Source: Candidatus Heimdallarchaeota archaeon
Lineage (GTDB): Archaea; Asgardarchaeota; Heimdallarchaeia; Heimdallarchaeales; Heimdallarchaeaceae
Length of the DNA stretch: 64,000 nt
Assembly (NCBI GenBank): GCA_016840095.1
Contig: JAEOSZ010000011.1
Location: forward strand, 27,506-91,505
Direction: 5' to 3'
How positions within the stretch are numbered: the stretch's first letter is position 1; each line of letters opens with the position of its first letter. Below, piece after piece: positions 1 through 10,294 of this stretch. Position numbers and translations under genes: made by a program. Below the pieces are notes generated by a model. It ran no database searches. It was not told the origin of the DNA and saw only the letters and a list, made by a program, of their open reading frames with translations.

Positions 1-895
1 GTACTCTTACTGCAACACCTCTTAAAGTCGCATCAATTACATCATCTAGCAATTCACAATCAAATTTCATGTATTGAAGTTCTAGATCAATACTTGTTGT
101 TGCTCCTTGAATCAATCCAGAAAGTAATTCATAACTATTGTCTGGTGAAAAGATAGGAGTTACTTCAGCATACTCAACAAAAGTCGATGGAGAAAATGGG
201 TGTTCATAAGTTCCACTAGTTTCAGGAGCTTGTAAATCTCCAGGATTTACAATAGTTGAATAAGGTGTAGAGATTAAACCATCATCGACAAATACATCTT
301 CAAAATACGAAGCGATGGAAGCATCATTAAACAGAAAACCCATCTCTCTATTTGTTCTTGCTTCAGGTGATTCTGGAATGCTTGAAGGTGCCCAGTTACC
401 TGAGTAGATATAAGTTTCTTGAGAATCGACAATCCAGAATTTTGCATGTGTAAAAGCAAATGAACTACTTGTCCAATAAACATCTATTCCAGCAGCATCT
501 AGTTGGATTGCTGCTCTTTCTGTATAATCATCTTCATAACTATTAACACGATCATCTGAAAGCTGAACAACAACATCAACTCCTCTACCATGAGCAAGAA
601 TCAGCTCATCGACCAAAGATTGACTGGATAAAGTATACACTTCTAAGTAGAAGGAAGTTTGAGCATTTTTAATAGAATTTAACACTATTTGATGTGCATT
701 ATCAGGTCCAACAAAAGTAGTTATGTTAGTAACCCCTGAGAATGTAGTTGTTGTGATAGCATCCAGAGATACATCTCGTTGACTATTTGTAACATTTGCC
801 GCAATTGCTACTTCTTGATTTACATTTAAGGGAATAAAAACCGAGAAGAGTAGCGACAAAATTACTAAAAAGACAAATTGATTTTTTCTAATCAT
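1..895 (-). CDS. Secreted phospholipase D-family protein (3' end runs off the window)
   Basis: Not in the ORF track. Manual translation from ATG at 895 gives MIRKNQFVFLVILSLLFSVFIPL (signal-like), then FVGPDNAHQIVLNSIKNAQTSFYLEVY and the HKD motif FTHAKFWIVD...YSGNW. Confidence 0.85.
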   Translation of the reverse strand, partial: MIRKNQFVFLVILSLLFSVFIPLNVNQEVAIAANVTNSQRDVSLDAITTTTFSGVTNITTFVGPDNAHQIVLNSIKNAQTSFYLEVYTLSSQSLVDELILAHGRGVDVVVQLSDDRVNSYEDDYTERAAIQLDAAGIDVYWTSSSFAFTHAKFWIVDSQETYIYSGNWAPSSIPESPEARTNREMGFLFNDASIASYFEDVFVDDGLISTPYSTIVNPGDLQAPETSGTYEHPFSPSTFVEYAEVTPIFSPDNSYELLSGLIQGATTSIDLELQYMKFDCELLDDVIDATLRGVAVRV

Positions 896-951
896 ATCTA
901 TACATACAGATAATAGTAAATAAATATGTATCGTCTGGAACAAAAAACATT

Positions 952-1449
952 CTACAGACGTTCTAAAATTGTATTTGCTAGCTTAACTTCTTCTTGTATA
1001 TCTGATTTTCTTGAAGCCATTTTAATAAATCTTGAATATTGATTGAAATCCCTCTCGGATATTCCAAAAGTTTGAATAATATCTTCTTTTGTAATCTGAT
1101 GAATTTGCGGAAGTTCAATCAATTCAGAGGCAAAATCAAGAGGTGACATTTTTAGTTCAATTACTTGATAAGGTTCTCCCCAAAAAGAATTCAAGTATAC
1201 AAGATCATCAGTAGTAGCTCCCCAAACGTAGACATACTTCTTGTTATCTCTAATCTTCTCTGAAATTTTAATTTTTGATTTAACGAAAATGAAAAGTCCT
1301 GGTCCTTCGTCATGTTCTAAAACTTCAGTTCCATATTTTTGAGCAATAGTCCCGAACTGATGAGGAAATTCACTAGTATTCTTTATCTCGTAAATAATTT
1401 TCATACTCACATCAAAGAATTGAATCTTAAAACATTTTCTTAAGCTCAA
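952..1449 (-). CDS. Hypothetical protein (probable start at the MKIIYEIK Met)
   Basis: 165-aa ORF directly downstream of and co-oriented with the XPD helicase; no recognisable motif. Confidence 0.6.
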   Translation of the reverse strand: MSLRKCFKIQFFDVSMKIIYEIKNTSEFPHQFGTIAQKYGTEVLEHDEGPGLFIFVKSKIKISEKIRDNKKYVYVWGATTDDLVYLNSFWGEPYQVIELKMSPLDFASELIELPQIHQITKEDIIQTFGISERDFNQYSRFIKMASRKSDIQEEVKLANTILERL

Positions 1450-1460
1450 AAGAAGATATA

Positions 1461-3563
1461 TTAATTTTCATGATATTCATAGAACTTGTTGAGTTTTTCT
1501 TCTAGAATCTTCCTCTCTGGCTGTACCAGGTGTAGATTATCTTTTAACCATACAGGAAGATGTTTTTTATAATAATGTCTTGCAAATCGGTAATCCATCA
1601 AAATAATGGCAGCATAATCTTCTAAGCTTCGTATTGGTCTTCCTGCTGCTTGTGAAGCTCTTGTGATAGCAGGAATATTATATCCAAACTCTCTACCTTT
1701 AGTTGGAAATTGTTTCTCAAGGTAATCTATACTTGCCTTAACAGTTGGAATAGGTTTTGCATAGGGGATACCGATAATGATTACACTTTGCATTTCACCA
1801 GCTGGATAATCGCTTCCTTCTGAAGATCTTCCACCTAAAACAGAAATTAATACTCCTCCTTTCCTCCTAGATTCATTCTTGAAATCTTGGATTAATTTAT
1901 CATTATCCCGTGATGACATTCCTTGGTGTGCAATATAAAGTGGTTTAGATAAAGCTCTCTCTAAACCAGTTTCAAGAATACTTCTCATAACCACATAACT
2001 TGCACAAAAAATCCCCACATTTTTTGGAGTTGACTCAGCTACTTCTGTGATTACATCTAGCATTGTTATGAAAGTTGCAGGGATTCGGTCCTCAAGCTTT
2101 GATGATACTTTATCAATAACTAGTGTTACATGATTCTCTTTTTTGTAAGGAGATGGTAAACTTAGATTTTTCAACTTTTCATCTGGTATTCCAATAAGTG
2201 AAGTGTATGCTTCAATTGGATCTAACGTTCCAGATAAAGAAACAGACATATGAACTTTTTCAAGAAGTTCTCCAGTTATTGTTCTGGGATCAAGAGATTG
2301 TGTTAATAATTTGGGAACTATATTTCCAGCTTTAGACTCTGTCTTGAGTATGAAATGTGCATAATCATCCCTGCCTTTTGTTTCGATAAGCTGTTTAAGA
2401 TAAGAAACGACTGATGATGTATAGGAGAGAGGGGCTTTGTTTTGCTTTGTCTGAATTTCCTTAACAAAATCAGCAAGTCTATCTAAAGATTTTAGGAGCT
2501 GACTATCTATCTTTTGATCTGCTCGTTTCTCTACTTTTTTGATGAATTCCTCTGGACTAAAAACTAATTCATCTTTTACTTCCATAGACGAGCTCTCATC
2601 AATAAGTATTGCAGATAGTGCTTCTAGTAAGTCATAAACCTCTCCCATTTTGTATTTCATAGCCTCGGCTTGAGCATTCTCAATACTAAAGTTTGAGAGA
2701 GTACTACTACTTATATCAACAGCTGTTGAAGGTAAATTATGTGCTTCATCAATTACAAGAATGATGTCCTTCAATTCTTTATCCAAATTCATAAGAAAAT
2801 TCATTTGAATACCGGGATTGAAAATATGTTGATAACTAGCAGCTATAACATCAACATTGGGTATGATTTTCTTTGAAATCTCATAAGGACAAACATCTAG
2901 AGATTTTCCAATTTTGAAAATCTCTAAACTATCTAAAACTTGCTTTTTAGTTAATTCCTCAACTTTGTTCTTAATATCTTTTTTAACTAAATTTGAGAAA
3001 TGTTTACACTTATTTTCTTTTTTTAGATGCCTACAGATATCTGCAGCATTACCTGCATCAATTGCAAATTTCTGAACAATCGGATGTAAACATAATTCTT
3101 TTCTCCCTCTAAGAGCTATACCAGAAATTGGTTTCAGTTGCTTAATCATTTTTAGTTCTTCAATAACTCTACTCATTTGTTGATGAGTTCTACAACAGTA
3201 AACAATTGTCTTTTTCTTCTCCATACAAAGAGGAAGCAAAGCAGTTAGAATTGCTATGGTTTTACCAACACCATTTGCAGCTTGAATTACGACATGTTTT
3301 TGTGTTTTATTTTCTTCTGAAATCTTCTCGATAATTTGTTCCTGAAGGGGTCTTATCTCGATATAAGGGAAATATTCCTCCCACAATTTGGTTGGATTTG
3401 TTCGTTTATGTACAACTGGTTGAGATGGTTGAGATGGTTGATCAAGAGGAGCATCACATTTGATACACATGCCATTTTCTATGTTCGAAGGAATAATCTT
3501 ACCACATTGAGAACAGAAAATGTAGTCATCCACCCCAGGTTCACTCGAATTCCGATTACTCAT
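1461..3563 (-). CDS. xpd: XPD/Rad3/DinG-family Fe-S DNA helicase with an N-terminal Zn ribbon
   Basis: Q motif RPLQEQ, Walker A AANGVGKT, CRTHQQ, four Fe-S cysteines (GRKELC...ADIC...KC...VCPYE), DEAH box, SGTL, SEGSDY, QAAGRPIRS, DYRF; N-terminal CSQC...CIKC. Confidence 0.92.
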   Translation of the reverse strand: MSNRNSSEPGVDDYIFCSQCGKIIPSNIENGMCIKCDAPLDQPSQPSQPVVHKRTNPTKLWEEYFPYIEIRPLQEQIIEKISEENKTQKHVVIQAANGVGKTIAILTALLPLCMEKKKTIVYCCRTHQQMSRVIEELKMIKQLKPISGIALRGRKELCLHPIVQKFAIDAGNAADICRHLKKENKCKHFSNLVKKDIKNKVEELTKKQVLDSLEIFKIGKSLDVCPYEISKKIIPNVDVIAASYQHIFNPGIQMNFLMNLDKELKDIILVIDEAHNLPSTAVDISSSTLSNFSIENAQAEAMKYKMGEVYDLLEALSAILIDESSSMEVKDELVFSPEEFIKKVEKRADQKIDSQLLKSLDRLADFVKEIQTKQNKAPLSYTSSVVSYLKQLIETKGRDDYAHFILKTESKAGNIVPKLLTQSLDPRTITGELLEKVHMSVSLSGTLDPIEAYTSLIGIPDEKLKNLSLPSPYKKENHVTLVIDKVSSKLEDRIPATFITMLDVITEVAESTPKNVGIFCASYVVMRSILETGLERALSKPLYIAHQGMSSRDNDKLIQDFKNESRRKGGVLISVLGGRSSEGSDYPAGEMQSVIIIGIPYAKPIPTVKASIDYLEKQFPTKGREFGYNIPAITRASQAAGRPIRSLEDYAAIILMDYRFARHYYKKHLPVWLKDNLHLVQPERKILEEKLNKFYEYHEN

Positions 3564-3878
3564 AAGTGTCTTTGTTTTTTTTCTTTGAGACCATATAAGC
3601 TTATTGCAATAGAAATGAGAAAACAGTGCATCATTATCAAGATTATAACAATTTTCGAGTAGAATTACAATTTTTTAGAAGATTATATTAATAAATATCC
3701 TTGTGTATTATAGTATTAATACCTCTATAACTAGACTAGTTAACATGACAACTAGCAATGTATATATATGAGATGTAATGGAAATCTATTCGGCAGATTA
3801 GATAAAAACTAATAATACCTCTGGTTGGGGTCATTTACAACTTAGGGGATATAACAACAGTCTGGTTAGGGAAGCTAA

Positions 3879-5654
3879 ATGACACAAGAAAATATTAGAA
3901 CTATAGATGAATTATTGGAAAATACTACCGTTCTATTGGAGACTATAGCTTCCGAAATTGTACATTCAACCAGCAAAATCTATGCAAGTTATCCTCCTGG
4001 TGAGGCTAGTTCAAGTTTATTTAAATTTGAAGATGACAGTTTTCTTAGAGATTTCACTGACAATTTTGAATCAATAAAAAAAGTTCTGAAAAAAGAAATT
4101 CCAAAACTCCCCTATGATAGAGAAGATGAGATTCTCATTCTTGCTAATCTTTTAACTGAAATAAAAGAGTATGAAATGGCTTTAGAAATCTATAATAAGT
4201 TAGCTAATACTAATCCAGATAATCAGTTTGCTTGGTCAAATTTGATGTCAATTTATATACTTCTTGGGAAACATAAAGAAGCAATGGATTGCTATCTTAA
4301 CCTGCGTCCAGAATTTATTGAACACTCAAATAATGAGAAGAAAGATCCAACATCTGATGCATACAGAATTCTAAATATTTCAACAGCATATCCTCTTCCA
4401 AAGTCATTAAGATCACTAACCAGAAGAGCACATACATCTACTGAATTGAAACAGCAATTTGAAAAAGAACTAAGGGAGTTATACACAAACAAAGATTTTG
4501 TAAATGGACAAGAGGCTCTAGCAAATAATAACACTGATGAAGCTTTTATCCTCTTCTCTAGTGTAGTTCTAGAACAACCAGATAGTCATGTAATATTATT
4601 TTTCACAGGAAAAGCTGCACTTGAAGGTCAACATTACCTCATAGCTGAGGAATATTTCAAAAAAGCAGTACAAATAAAAAATAACATACCTGAGTATTGG
4701 AATGAGCTTGCTGATTGTTTCTTAGCTCAACATAAAAATGAGCAAGCAATCAAAGCAATAAAAACAGCTTTAACATTGGACCCAACTTGTTTAGAATGTT
4801 GGACACTATCTGGGTCAGCTATTGCCACTATTGAATCAATGGGAGAATATGAGTATTTTGTTAAACAAATTCAATTGATGTCTTCCGCAGAAGCAATTGT
4901 TCGTTTCGTAACAGGTCTTGTTAGTAAGAAGAGATATGAGCATGCTTTAGAGATTCTCCAAATTGGGGTTTCTAAATTCCCTGAGGATATAGGTATTTTA
5001 GAAAACCTAGCACTGGTTTATGAAAGAATGGGGAGAGTTGATGAAGCAATAGGAATTTATGAAGAACTGTTGATATCCGGGAAAGGAGTACAAAAATATC
5101 TTCAAAAAATTACTTCTATCTTAACTGTACTTCATGATGATAAAAGACTGGTCAGAATTCTTAAAATGGTATCTTCTTATCTCCCATGGGATGAAACAAC
5201 TTTATGGAATAAGATAGGAGATTTACTAATGAGAGCTAAGGATTATCTTGGAGCTAGTGAGGCTTTCCGAAAAGTAATTTCATTTGATCCAGATGATTCA
5301 AGGATTCAATTTAATCTTGGACTTGCTTACCAAGAACTATCTTTATTCAAAAAAGCAGAAGAGACCTATAAGAAAGTATTAGAATTAAATCCAGAAGATC
5401 ATGCAGCTCTCAATAATCTAGGCAATGTTCTCAAAGAGCTTAAGCGGTATGATGAAGCAATAGAAGCATACCAAACAGCTATTGATATAGAACCTAACAA
5501 AGCAATTTCTTGGGCAAATCTTGGAATTCTATATGAAGAATTGAAGCTTAAGAATGAAGCTAAAGACTGTTACGTAAAAGCAAAAAATATTGCTATTAAG
5601 AACAAAGATTATAAAACTGCTGCGAGATTCGAAGAGTGGGAAAACTCTATATGA
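3879..5654 (+). CDS. Tetratricopeptide repeat protein
   Basis: Many canonical TPR units, e.g. IQFNLGLAYQELSLFKKAEETYKKVLELNPED and ALNNLGNVLKELKRYDEAIEAYQTAIDIEPN. Confidence 0.92.
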   Translation: MTQENIRTIDELLENTTVLLETIASEIVHSTSKIYASYPPGEASSSLFKFEDDSFLRDFTDNFESIKKVLKKEIPKLPYDREDEILILANLLTEIKEYEMALEIYNKLANTNPDNQFAWSNLMSIYILLGKHKEAMDCYLNLRPEFIEHSNNEKKDPTSDAYRILNISTAYPLPKSLRSLTRRAHTSTELKQQFEKELRELYTNKDFVNGQEALANNNTDEAFILFSSVVLEQPDSHVILFFTGKAALEGQHYLIAEEYFKKAVQIKNNIPEYWNELADCFLAQHKNEQAIKAIKTALTLDPTCLECWTLSGSAIATIESMGEYEYFVKQIQLMSSAEAIVRFVTGLVSKKRYEHALEILQIGVSKFPEDIGILENLALVYERMGRVDEAIGIYEELLISGKGVQKYLQKITSILTVLHDDKRLVRILKMVSSYLPWDETTLWNKIGDLLMRAKDYLGASEAFRKVISFDPDDSRIQFNLGLAYQELSLFKKAEETYKKVLELNPEDHAALNNLGNVLKELKRYDEAIEAYQTAIDIEPNKAISWANLGILYEELKLKNEAKDCYVKAKNIAIKNKDYKTAARFEEWENSI

Positions 5655-6193
5655 ACCTCAACAGTGAAAAGTCTAAGGAAGCATGGAAAGTTGCTCAAAC
5701 TTCTTTAGCTCAGTTTTTACAAAATAATAGTTTTGAGGTTTGGGAAGAAAGAAGGATTGAGAACAAACGACTAGACTTACTTGCTAAAAGAAGTGTTGGA
5801 GAGAAGATTTACTACATTGTTTTTGAAGTAAAACACTATAACAAAGTTTCAGCTGGAAATGAGGATAAATTTCTGGAACAGCTAAATGAATATCTGAAAT
5901 TACTTATTCTTCGTGAAATAGAAAGAAAGAAATTTCAATTTGTATCTAAGAAGGTTGTTTTCACAGGTTATCTAGTTTTTGCAAATGATTATGGAATTTA
6001 TAGAAACAGAAGAAAGAACTGGAGAAAAAGTAGAGACTTTCCTGATAACAAAGAGTTAGAAGAAATTTGGAAGAGAAATGTTTACCTGTTTTCATCGACT
6101 CAAGAATATATACAGAAAAACCTTGAATCTGTTGGACTAACTTTTTACTCTCAATCTACAATTGCTGAGTTTTTTGGTGAAAATAAACAATAA
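5636..6193 (+). CDS. PD-(D/E)xK nuclease-fold protein (likely ATG at 5651 overlapping the TPR stop)
   Basis: FLQNNSFEVWEE...KRLDLLAKR...YIVFEVKH fits the restriction-endonuclease/Hjc-like D...ExK catalytic pattern. Confidence 0.7.
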   Translation: MGKLYMNLNSEKSKEAWKVAQTSLAQFLQNNSFEVWEERRIENKRLDLLAKRSVGEKIYYIVFEVKHYNKVSAGNEDKFLEQLNEYLKLLILREIERKKFQFVSKKVVFTGYLVFANDYGIYRNRRKNWRKSRDFPDNKELEEIWKRNVYLFSSTQEYIQKNLESVGLTFYSQSTIAEFFGENKQ

Positions 6194-6225
6194 TAATAAA
6201 AATCCATTTACTATATTTTATTCAG

Positions 6226-7158
6226 ATGAGTGTAGATATTACCAAATACAAAGAGAAACTTTTCTCCATACAGATTTTAGACCAAGGAGTAAGTATTTTC
6301 ACCGAAAAATTCACTGATTTTCTAAATATAGACGATGTTTTAGTATTTGGTTTCATATCTGCACTGTACAGCTATACATATGCTATTGGACATGAGGAAG
6401 TTATTTCAATAGACTTTGGAACAAGTAAATTTCTCTTCTCAGAACTATATGATGGAAAACTACTAGTCATTATTACCAAGGAAGATTTACATAGAGAAAT
6501 TGAGTCAGAGCTAATAGAGAATATATCTTTACGTTATGAAATTTTGACAGAAGATACATCCATTACAGAAATATCCTCTTTATTTGATATTGGTGATACA
6601 ATTATACCTCTCGATTTAGTCGCTGAAATAAGAAGGAAGGGACAGAAAAAACCAGAAGAAGCATCTGTACATGAATTCCAAGAAGAAGTAGAAGAAATGT
6701 TACCATTACCTGAAATTTCAGTACCATCTGTTCAAATGGAAGAATTCTATGTAGAAGTTCTAACAGACGAGGAAAAGCTAGGTGAAGATAAAATTAACAG
6801 CATTAAGAAATCCTTAACTAATTTCTTCTTAGGTTACAAGAGGCTGACTTCTAGTTTGTTTGCTGTAGCAAAAGATGAACAACTTTTCTCATTTGTGTTT
6901 AGTAGACGTATGTTTGCTGACATCTATCCTATTATAAAATATATAATGACTCATCCATCAGAAATGAGTGTAGATTCAGAATCTGAAACTAATACTATTA
7001 GGTCCATTCAAGTAGAAAATGTATCATATTGGGTGTTAATTTATACGAATAAGAAACAAACCACAAAAGCAATTGTTTTTAGTAATTTTTGTGATGAATT
7101 AGAATCTATTTCTCCTCATTTGAGTAGAATTTCAAAATTTGTTGAAAGAATGCTCTAG
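6226..7158 (+). CDS. Asgard longin-like domain protein with a probable second roadblock/longin-like domain
   Basis: N-terminal SIQILDQGVSIF...DDVLVFGFISALYSY...ISIDFGTSKFLF...LLVIIT is typical of Asgard longin-like domains; acidic linker; C-terminal alpha/beta domain. Confidence 0.6.
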   Translation: MSVDITKYKEKLFSIQILDQGVSIFTEKFTDFLNIDDVLVFGFISALYSYTYAIGHEEVISIDFGTSKFLFSELYDGKLLVIITKEDLHREIESELIENISLRYEILTEDTSITEISSLFDIGDTIIPLDLVAEIRRKGQKKPEEASVHEFQEEVEEMLPLPEISVPSVQMEEFYVEVLTDEEKLGEDKINSIKKSLTNFFLGYKRLTSSLFAVAKDEQLFSFVFSRRMFADIYPIIKYIMTHPSEMSVDSESETNTIRSIQVENVSYWVLIYTNKKQTTKAIVFSNFCDELESISPHLSRISKFVERML

Positions 7159-7297
7159 CTTATACTACTTTAGAAATTAAGACCATTTTATTAAAATTGA
7201 GAGTTTTTATACTGAATACTCCTCTTACTTTTGAAATAGACGAGAATAAAGATAAGATTGATATACTATTAGTTCTAGTACTTACCCAAGAATACTG

Positions 7298-7684
7298 GTG
7301 GATAAAATGAGTCTGTCTGGTCAACAAATCGAAAAAATGCTACATGAATTTGAATCAAATACAGAAGGAGTATTAGGATGTTCAATAATTTATGCAAAAG
7401 ATGCTTTATTATTAGCAGAATCATCTCAAAAATTTGAAAGACTTGTTATTCAATGGTTAAGTGAAAAGATGCTCTCATTGGCAAAAGAATCACTCCAACA
7501 ACTTATGAAAGAATTTACTTTAATGAGTGTTACAATAGAAGAAAAAGATCACTTTGTGTATCTTCGTCCAATTGGTGATGAATATTATGCAGTAATTATT
7601 ACTACAAAAGAAGAAAACAGAGGACTTCTAGAACATAACATCAAAAGATTGTTGCAGCAATTGACACCGATGATGATTGGATAA
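7298..7684 (+). CDS. Roadblock/LC7 (LAMTOR/MglB-like) domain protein
   Basis: 128 aa; TEGVLGCSIIYAKDALLLAE...SVTIEEKDHFVYLRPIGDEYYAVIIT...GLL pattern. Confidence 0.8.
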   Translation: MDKMSLSGQQIEKMLHEFESNTEGVLGCSIIYAKDALLLAESSQKFERLVIQWLSEKMLSLAKESLQQLMKEFTLMSVTIEEKDHFVYLRPIGDEYYAVIITTKEENRGLLEHNIKRLLQQLTPMMIG

Positions 7685-7707
7685 ACAAAGAAAAGAGGTA
7701 GAAAGCA

Positions 7708-8091
7708 GTGGATTTAACGACTCTCAAAGTATTAGCTAAAATGGCTAGTGGTGAAGAAGGACCCAACGAAAGGTTCAAATTCATATCACCTGATACACAA
7801 GGTGTTCTTTGTTCCAGCTCAACTTTAGAGGAATTACATAACTGTATTTTGGATCTAGACCCAGAAATAATAAAAGCTCATGTATGTTCATGTGAAGACT
7901 CTGATGAAACTGGAGCTCGTGATTTAGCTTTCTATGTACATTATGTCTTTGGAGATGCTGAGCTTTCAATGAAAATTTATAGTGCTGCAGAAAGATTTGT
8001 TGATGAACCTGTAAAACTAAAACTGGAAATCAGTAATCTGATATTCACACGATTATTAAATTTTAGCGAAATTGCTTTAATTCCTGATTAA
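7708..8091 (+). CDS. DUF5752-like small protein
   Basis: STLEELHNCILDLDPEIIKAH...DLAFYVHYVFGDAELSMKI resembles the DUF5752 pattern; GAGGT SD upstream of GTG. Confidence 0.55.
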   Translation: MDLTTLKVLAKMASGEEGPNERFKFISPDTQGVLCSSSTLEELHNCILDLDPEIIKAHVCSCEDSDETGARDLAFYVHYVFGDAELSMKIYSAAERFVDEPVKLKLEISNLIFTRLLNFSEIALIPD

Positions 8092-8154
8092 TCTCTTACA
8101 TCATAATTTTTTTGTATATTGAATTTTTGTTTCGTTCGTTATTATTGAATATAG

Positions 8155-10284
8155 GTGCAAAAATTGAGCTCAAAATGTCCAACCTGTAAGGGTCATGGAA
8201 AAATTATAAAAGAGAAAATGACATGTCCAAAGTGCTTAGGTATAGGTAAGACTGCCTTTACACTTGGTGGAAATGAAGAGGGAGAAGCTTGTGAGAAATG
8301 TCAGGGGAAAGGGAAGATTATACTCAGAGAAAAGTGTCCAACTTGCGGAGGAAAAAAAACCATTCAGCTTTGTTCAAACTGTAAAAGAATCATTAAAGAA
8401 TCAACATCTTCAGGTATATGCGATGTCTGTGAAGATAAGAAGGTTCCAGTTGTTTATTTTTTAAAGCCACCAATAGATTCTCAGTTAGTTAGAAAGGGAA
8501 TGTTGCTTTTATCAAGAGTAGATGCTGTAAAGAAAGTAGGAGTCTTTGTTCAAATCGCTCCTGACTTGAATGTTTTAATAAGAACAAAAGATGTTACTCA
8601 GGATTATGCATGGGATATTGGAGAGGAAGTAATTGTTAAGGTTAATTTCATAAATGATCAAGGAAAGTTCTTTGGTATTCCTGAAAACATCAAGGATTAT
8701 ACAAAAGAATCTCTCAGAGGAAGAGTAAGAAAACTCCAGATTAAGGATTTAAAACAAGATATGGAAGGTTCCTTTATTTCCCTCAATGCTCAAGTGGTGT
8801 CCGTTCTGCAAACATCAGGCCCTACAAGATTCACTTTGGTTGATTCAACTGGCTCAATAAATTGTGCAGCTTTTATTAAACCAGGAGAAAGAGCATTTCC
8901 AGAAATAGGAGAAGATGCAGTTGTTGCAGTCTTTGGGGAAATAAATAAACATAGAGATATTTTGCAAATTGAAATTAGAGATATGGAACTTTTGGGCACA
9001 ACAGAGAGTTCCATCTTAGTAAAGGATATTGAGAAAGCTATTGATAAGAAAGCTACCCCTAAGAAAACAGAATTTTCTATCAAAAGCGAGCTTCTCGAGA
9101 AACTCAGACCTGAACTAACCAAAGCTGCTAAACGAATAAGAAAAGCGATTTTTACAGGACAACCAATAATCATCAGAAATCATGCTGATGCAGATGGAAC
9201 TGTAGCTGGTTTTGCTGTTAGAATGGCAATTAAGAAACTAATGGAAGAAGAAGGGTATGATGATGATACTATTAGAATTAGATTGAAGAGATTACCTAAT
9301 AAACCTCCATTCTTCGATGCAATCGATGTTACAAAAGATCTTGATTTTGCTTTATCAGATCAAGAGAGATTTGGTGACAAACTCCCCTTGTTTATTTGTT
9401 TAGATTTTGGTTCTAGTACAGAATCTCTTTTTCCTTATTTACAAATTAAGTCCTTAGATTTGGAAATAATTGTTATTGATCATCATTTTCCTGATAAGGA
9501 AATTCAAGAGTTAGTAGATATTCATGTGAATCCTTATTTCATTGGTGGGGGATACGAACTTTCAGCTGGTATGCTAGGTTTTGAGTTAGCGAGGATTATT
9601 TTTCCTGGTATTAGTGATGATTTGATGCATTTACCCGCTATTGCTGGATTAATGGATAGGGTCGAAGGTGAAGAACTTAAACAGTACATCAAATTAGCTG
9701 AATCCAAAGACTACACTGTTGATGATCTTAGAAGTATAGGACTTGCTGTGGATTTTGAAGTATATCAACTCAGATTCTCAGAAGGACAAAACCTTCTGAA
9801 AATTTTGTTTGGTATAGAAACTCCAGTTGAATGGCATACAAAGATGTATAATTTAATTGGAAAAGAAACAAAGAAGATGATGGAAAAGGCGTATAAGAAT
9901 GCTTTACCTCACAGTAAAACAGCTGAATTAGAGAATGGTGTACTTTTAGTAACTATAGATGTAGAGTTATACACACACAGGTTTACTTTTCCAAATCCAG
10001 GAAAATTGACTGGATTGATATTTGATCATTATTGTGAAAAGAATCCAACAAAAGCAGTAGTAACATTGGGTGAAGGGCCAGATTTTATTATCCTTAGGTC
10101 TAAAGGACTTGTAATTAATTTTCCAGATGCAGTAAAACTAATGCAAACTAAACTTCCTGAAGCTGATGTGGAAGGAGGAGGGCATGAAGTTGTTGGGTCA
10201 TTCAAATTCTATGAAGGGGTTCGAAAGAAAGTCAAGAAATTTTTCATAGATTACTTATCTGGATTAAACATAAAAATGATTTAG
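8155..10284 (+). CDS. Archaeal RecJ-like DHH exonuclease with DnaJ-type Zn finger and S1/OB folds (COG1107 type)
   Basis: CxxCxGxG repeats, S1-like domain, OB fold (QTSGPTRFTLVD), HADADG, LDFGS, IDHH, GGGHE. Confidence 0.92.
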   Translation: MQKLSSKCPTCKGHGKIIKEKMTCPKCLGIGKTAFTLGGNEEGEACEKCQGKGKIILREKCPTCGGKKTIQLCSNCKRIIKESTSSGICDVCEDKKVPVVYFLKPPIDSQLVRKGMLLLSRVDAVKKVGVFVQIAPDLNVLIRTKDVTQDYAWDIGEEVIVKVNFINDQGKFFGIPENIKDYTKESLRGRVRKLQIKDLKQDMEGSFISLNAQVVSVLQTSGPTRFTLVDSTGSINCAAFIKPGERAFPEIGEDAVVAVFGEINKHRDILQIEIRDMELLGTTESSILVKDIEKAIDKKATPKKTEFSIKSELLEKLRPELTKAAKRIRKAIFTGQPIIIRNHADADGTVAGFAVRMAIKKLMEEEGYDDDTIRIRLKRLPNKPPFFDAIDVTKDLDFALSDQERFGDKLPLFICLDFGSSTESLFPYLQIKSLDLEIIVIDHHFPDKEIQELVDIHVNPYFIGGGYELSAGMLGFELARIIFPGISDDLMHLPAIAGLMDRVEGEELKQYIKLAESKDYTVDDLRSIGLAVDFEVYQLRFSEGQNLLKILFGIETPVEWHTKMYNLIGKETKKMMEKAYKNALPHSKTAELENGVLLVTIDVELYTHRFTFPNPGKLTGLIFDHYCEKNPTKAVVTLGEGPDFIILRSKGLVINFPDAVKLMQTKLPEADVEGGGHEVVGSFKFYEGVRKKVKKFFIDYLSGLNIKMI

Positions 10285-10294
10285 GATGAAGAAA

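Noticed and set aside
274-483. 69-aa ORF from the track
   Set aside because: Alternative frame inside the phospholipase D gene.
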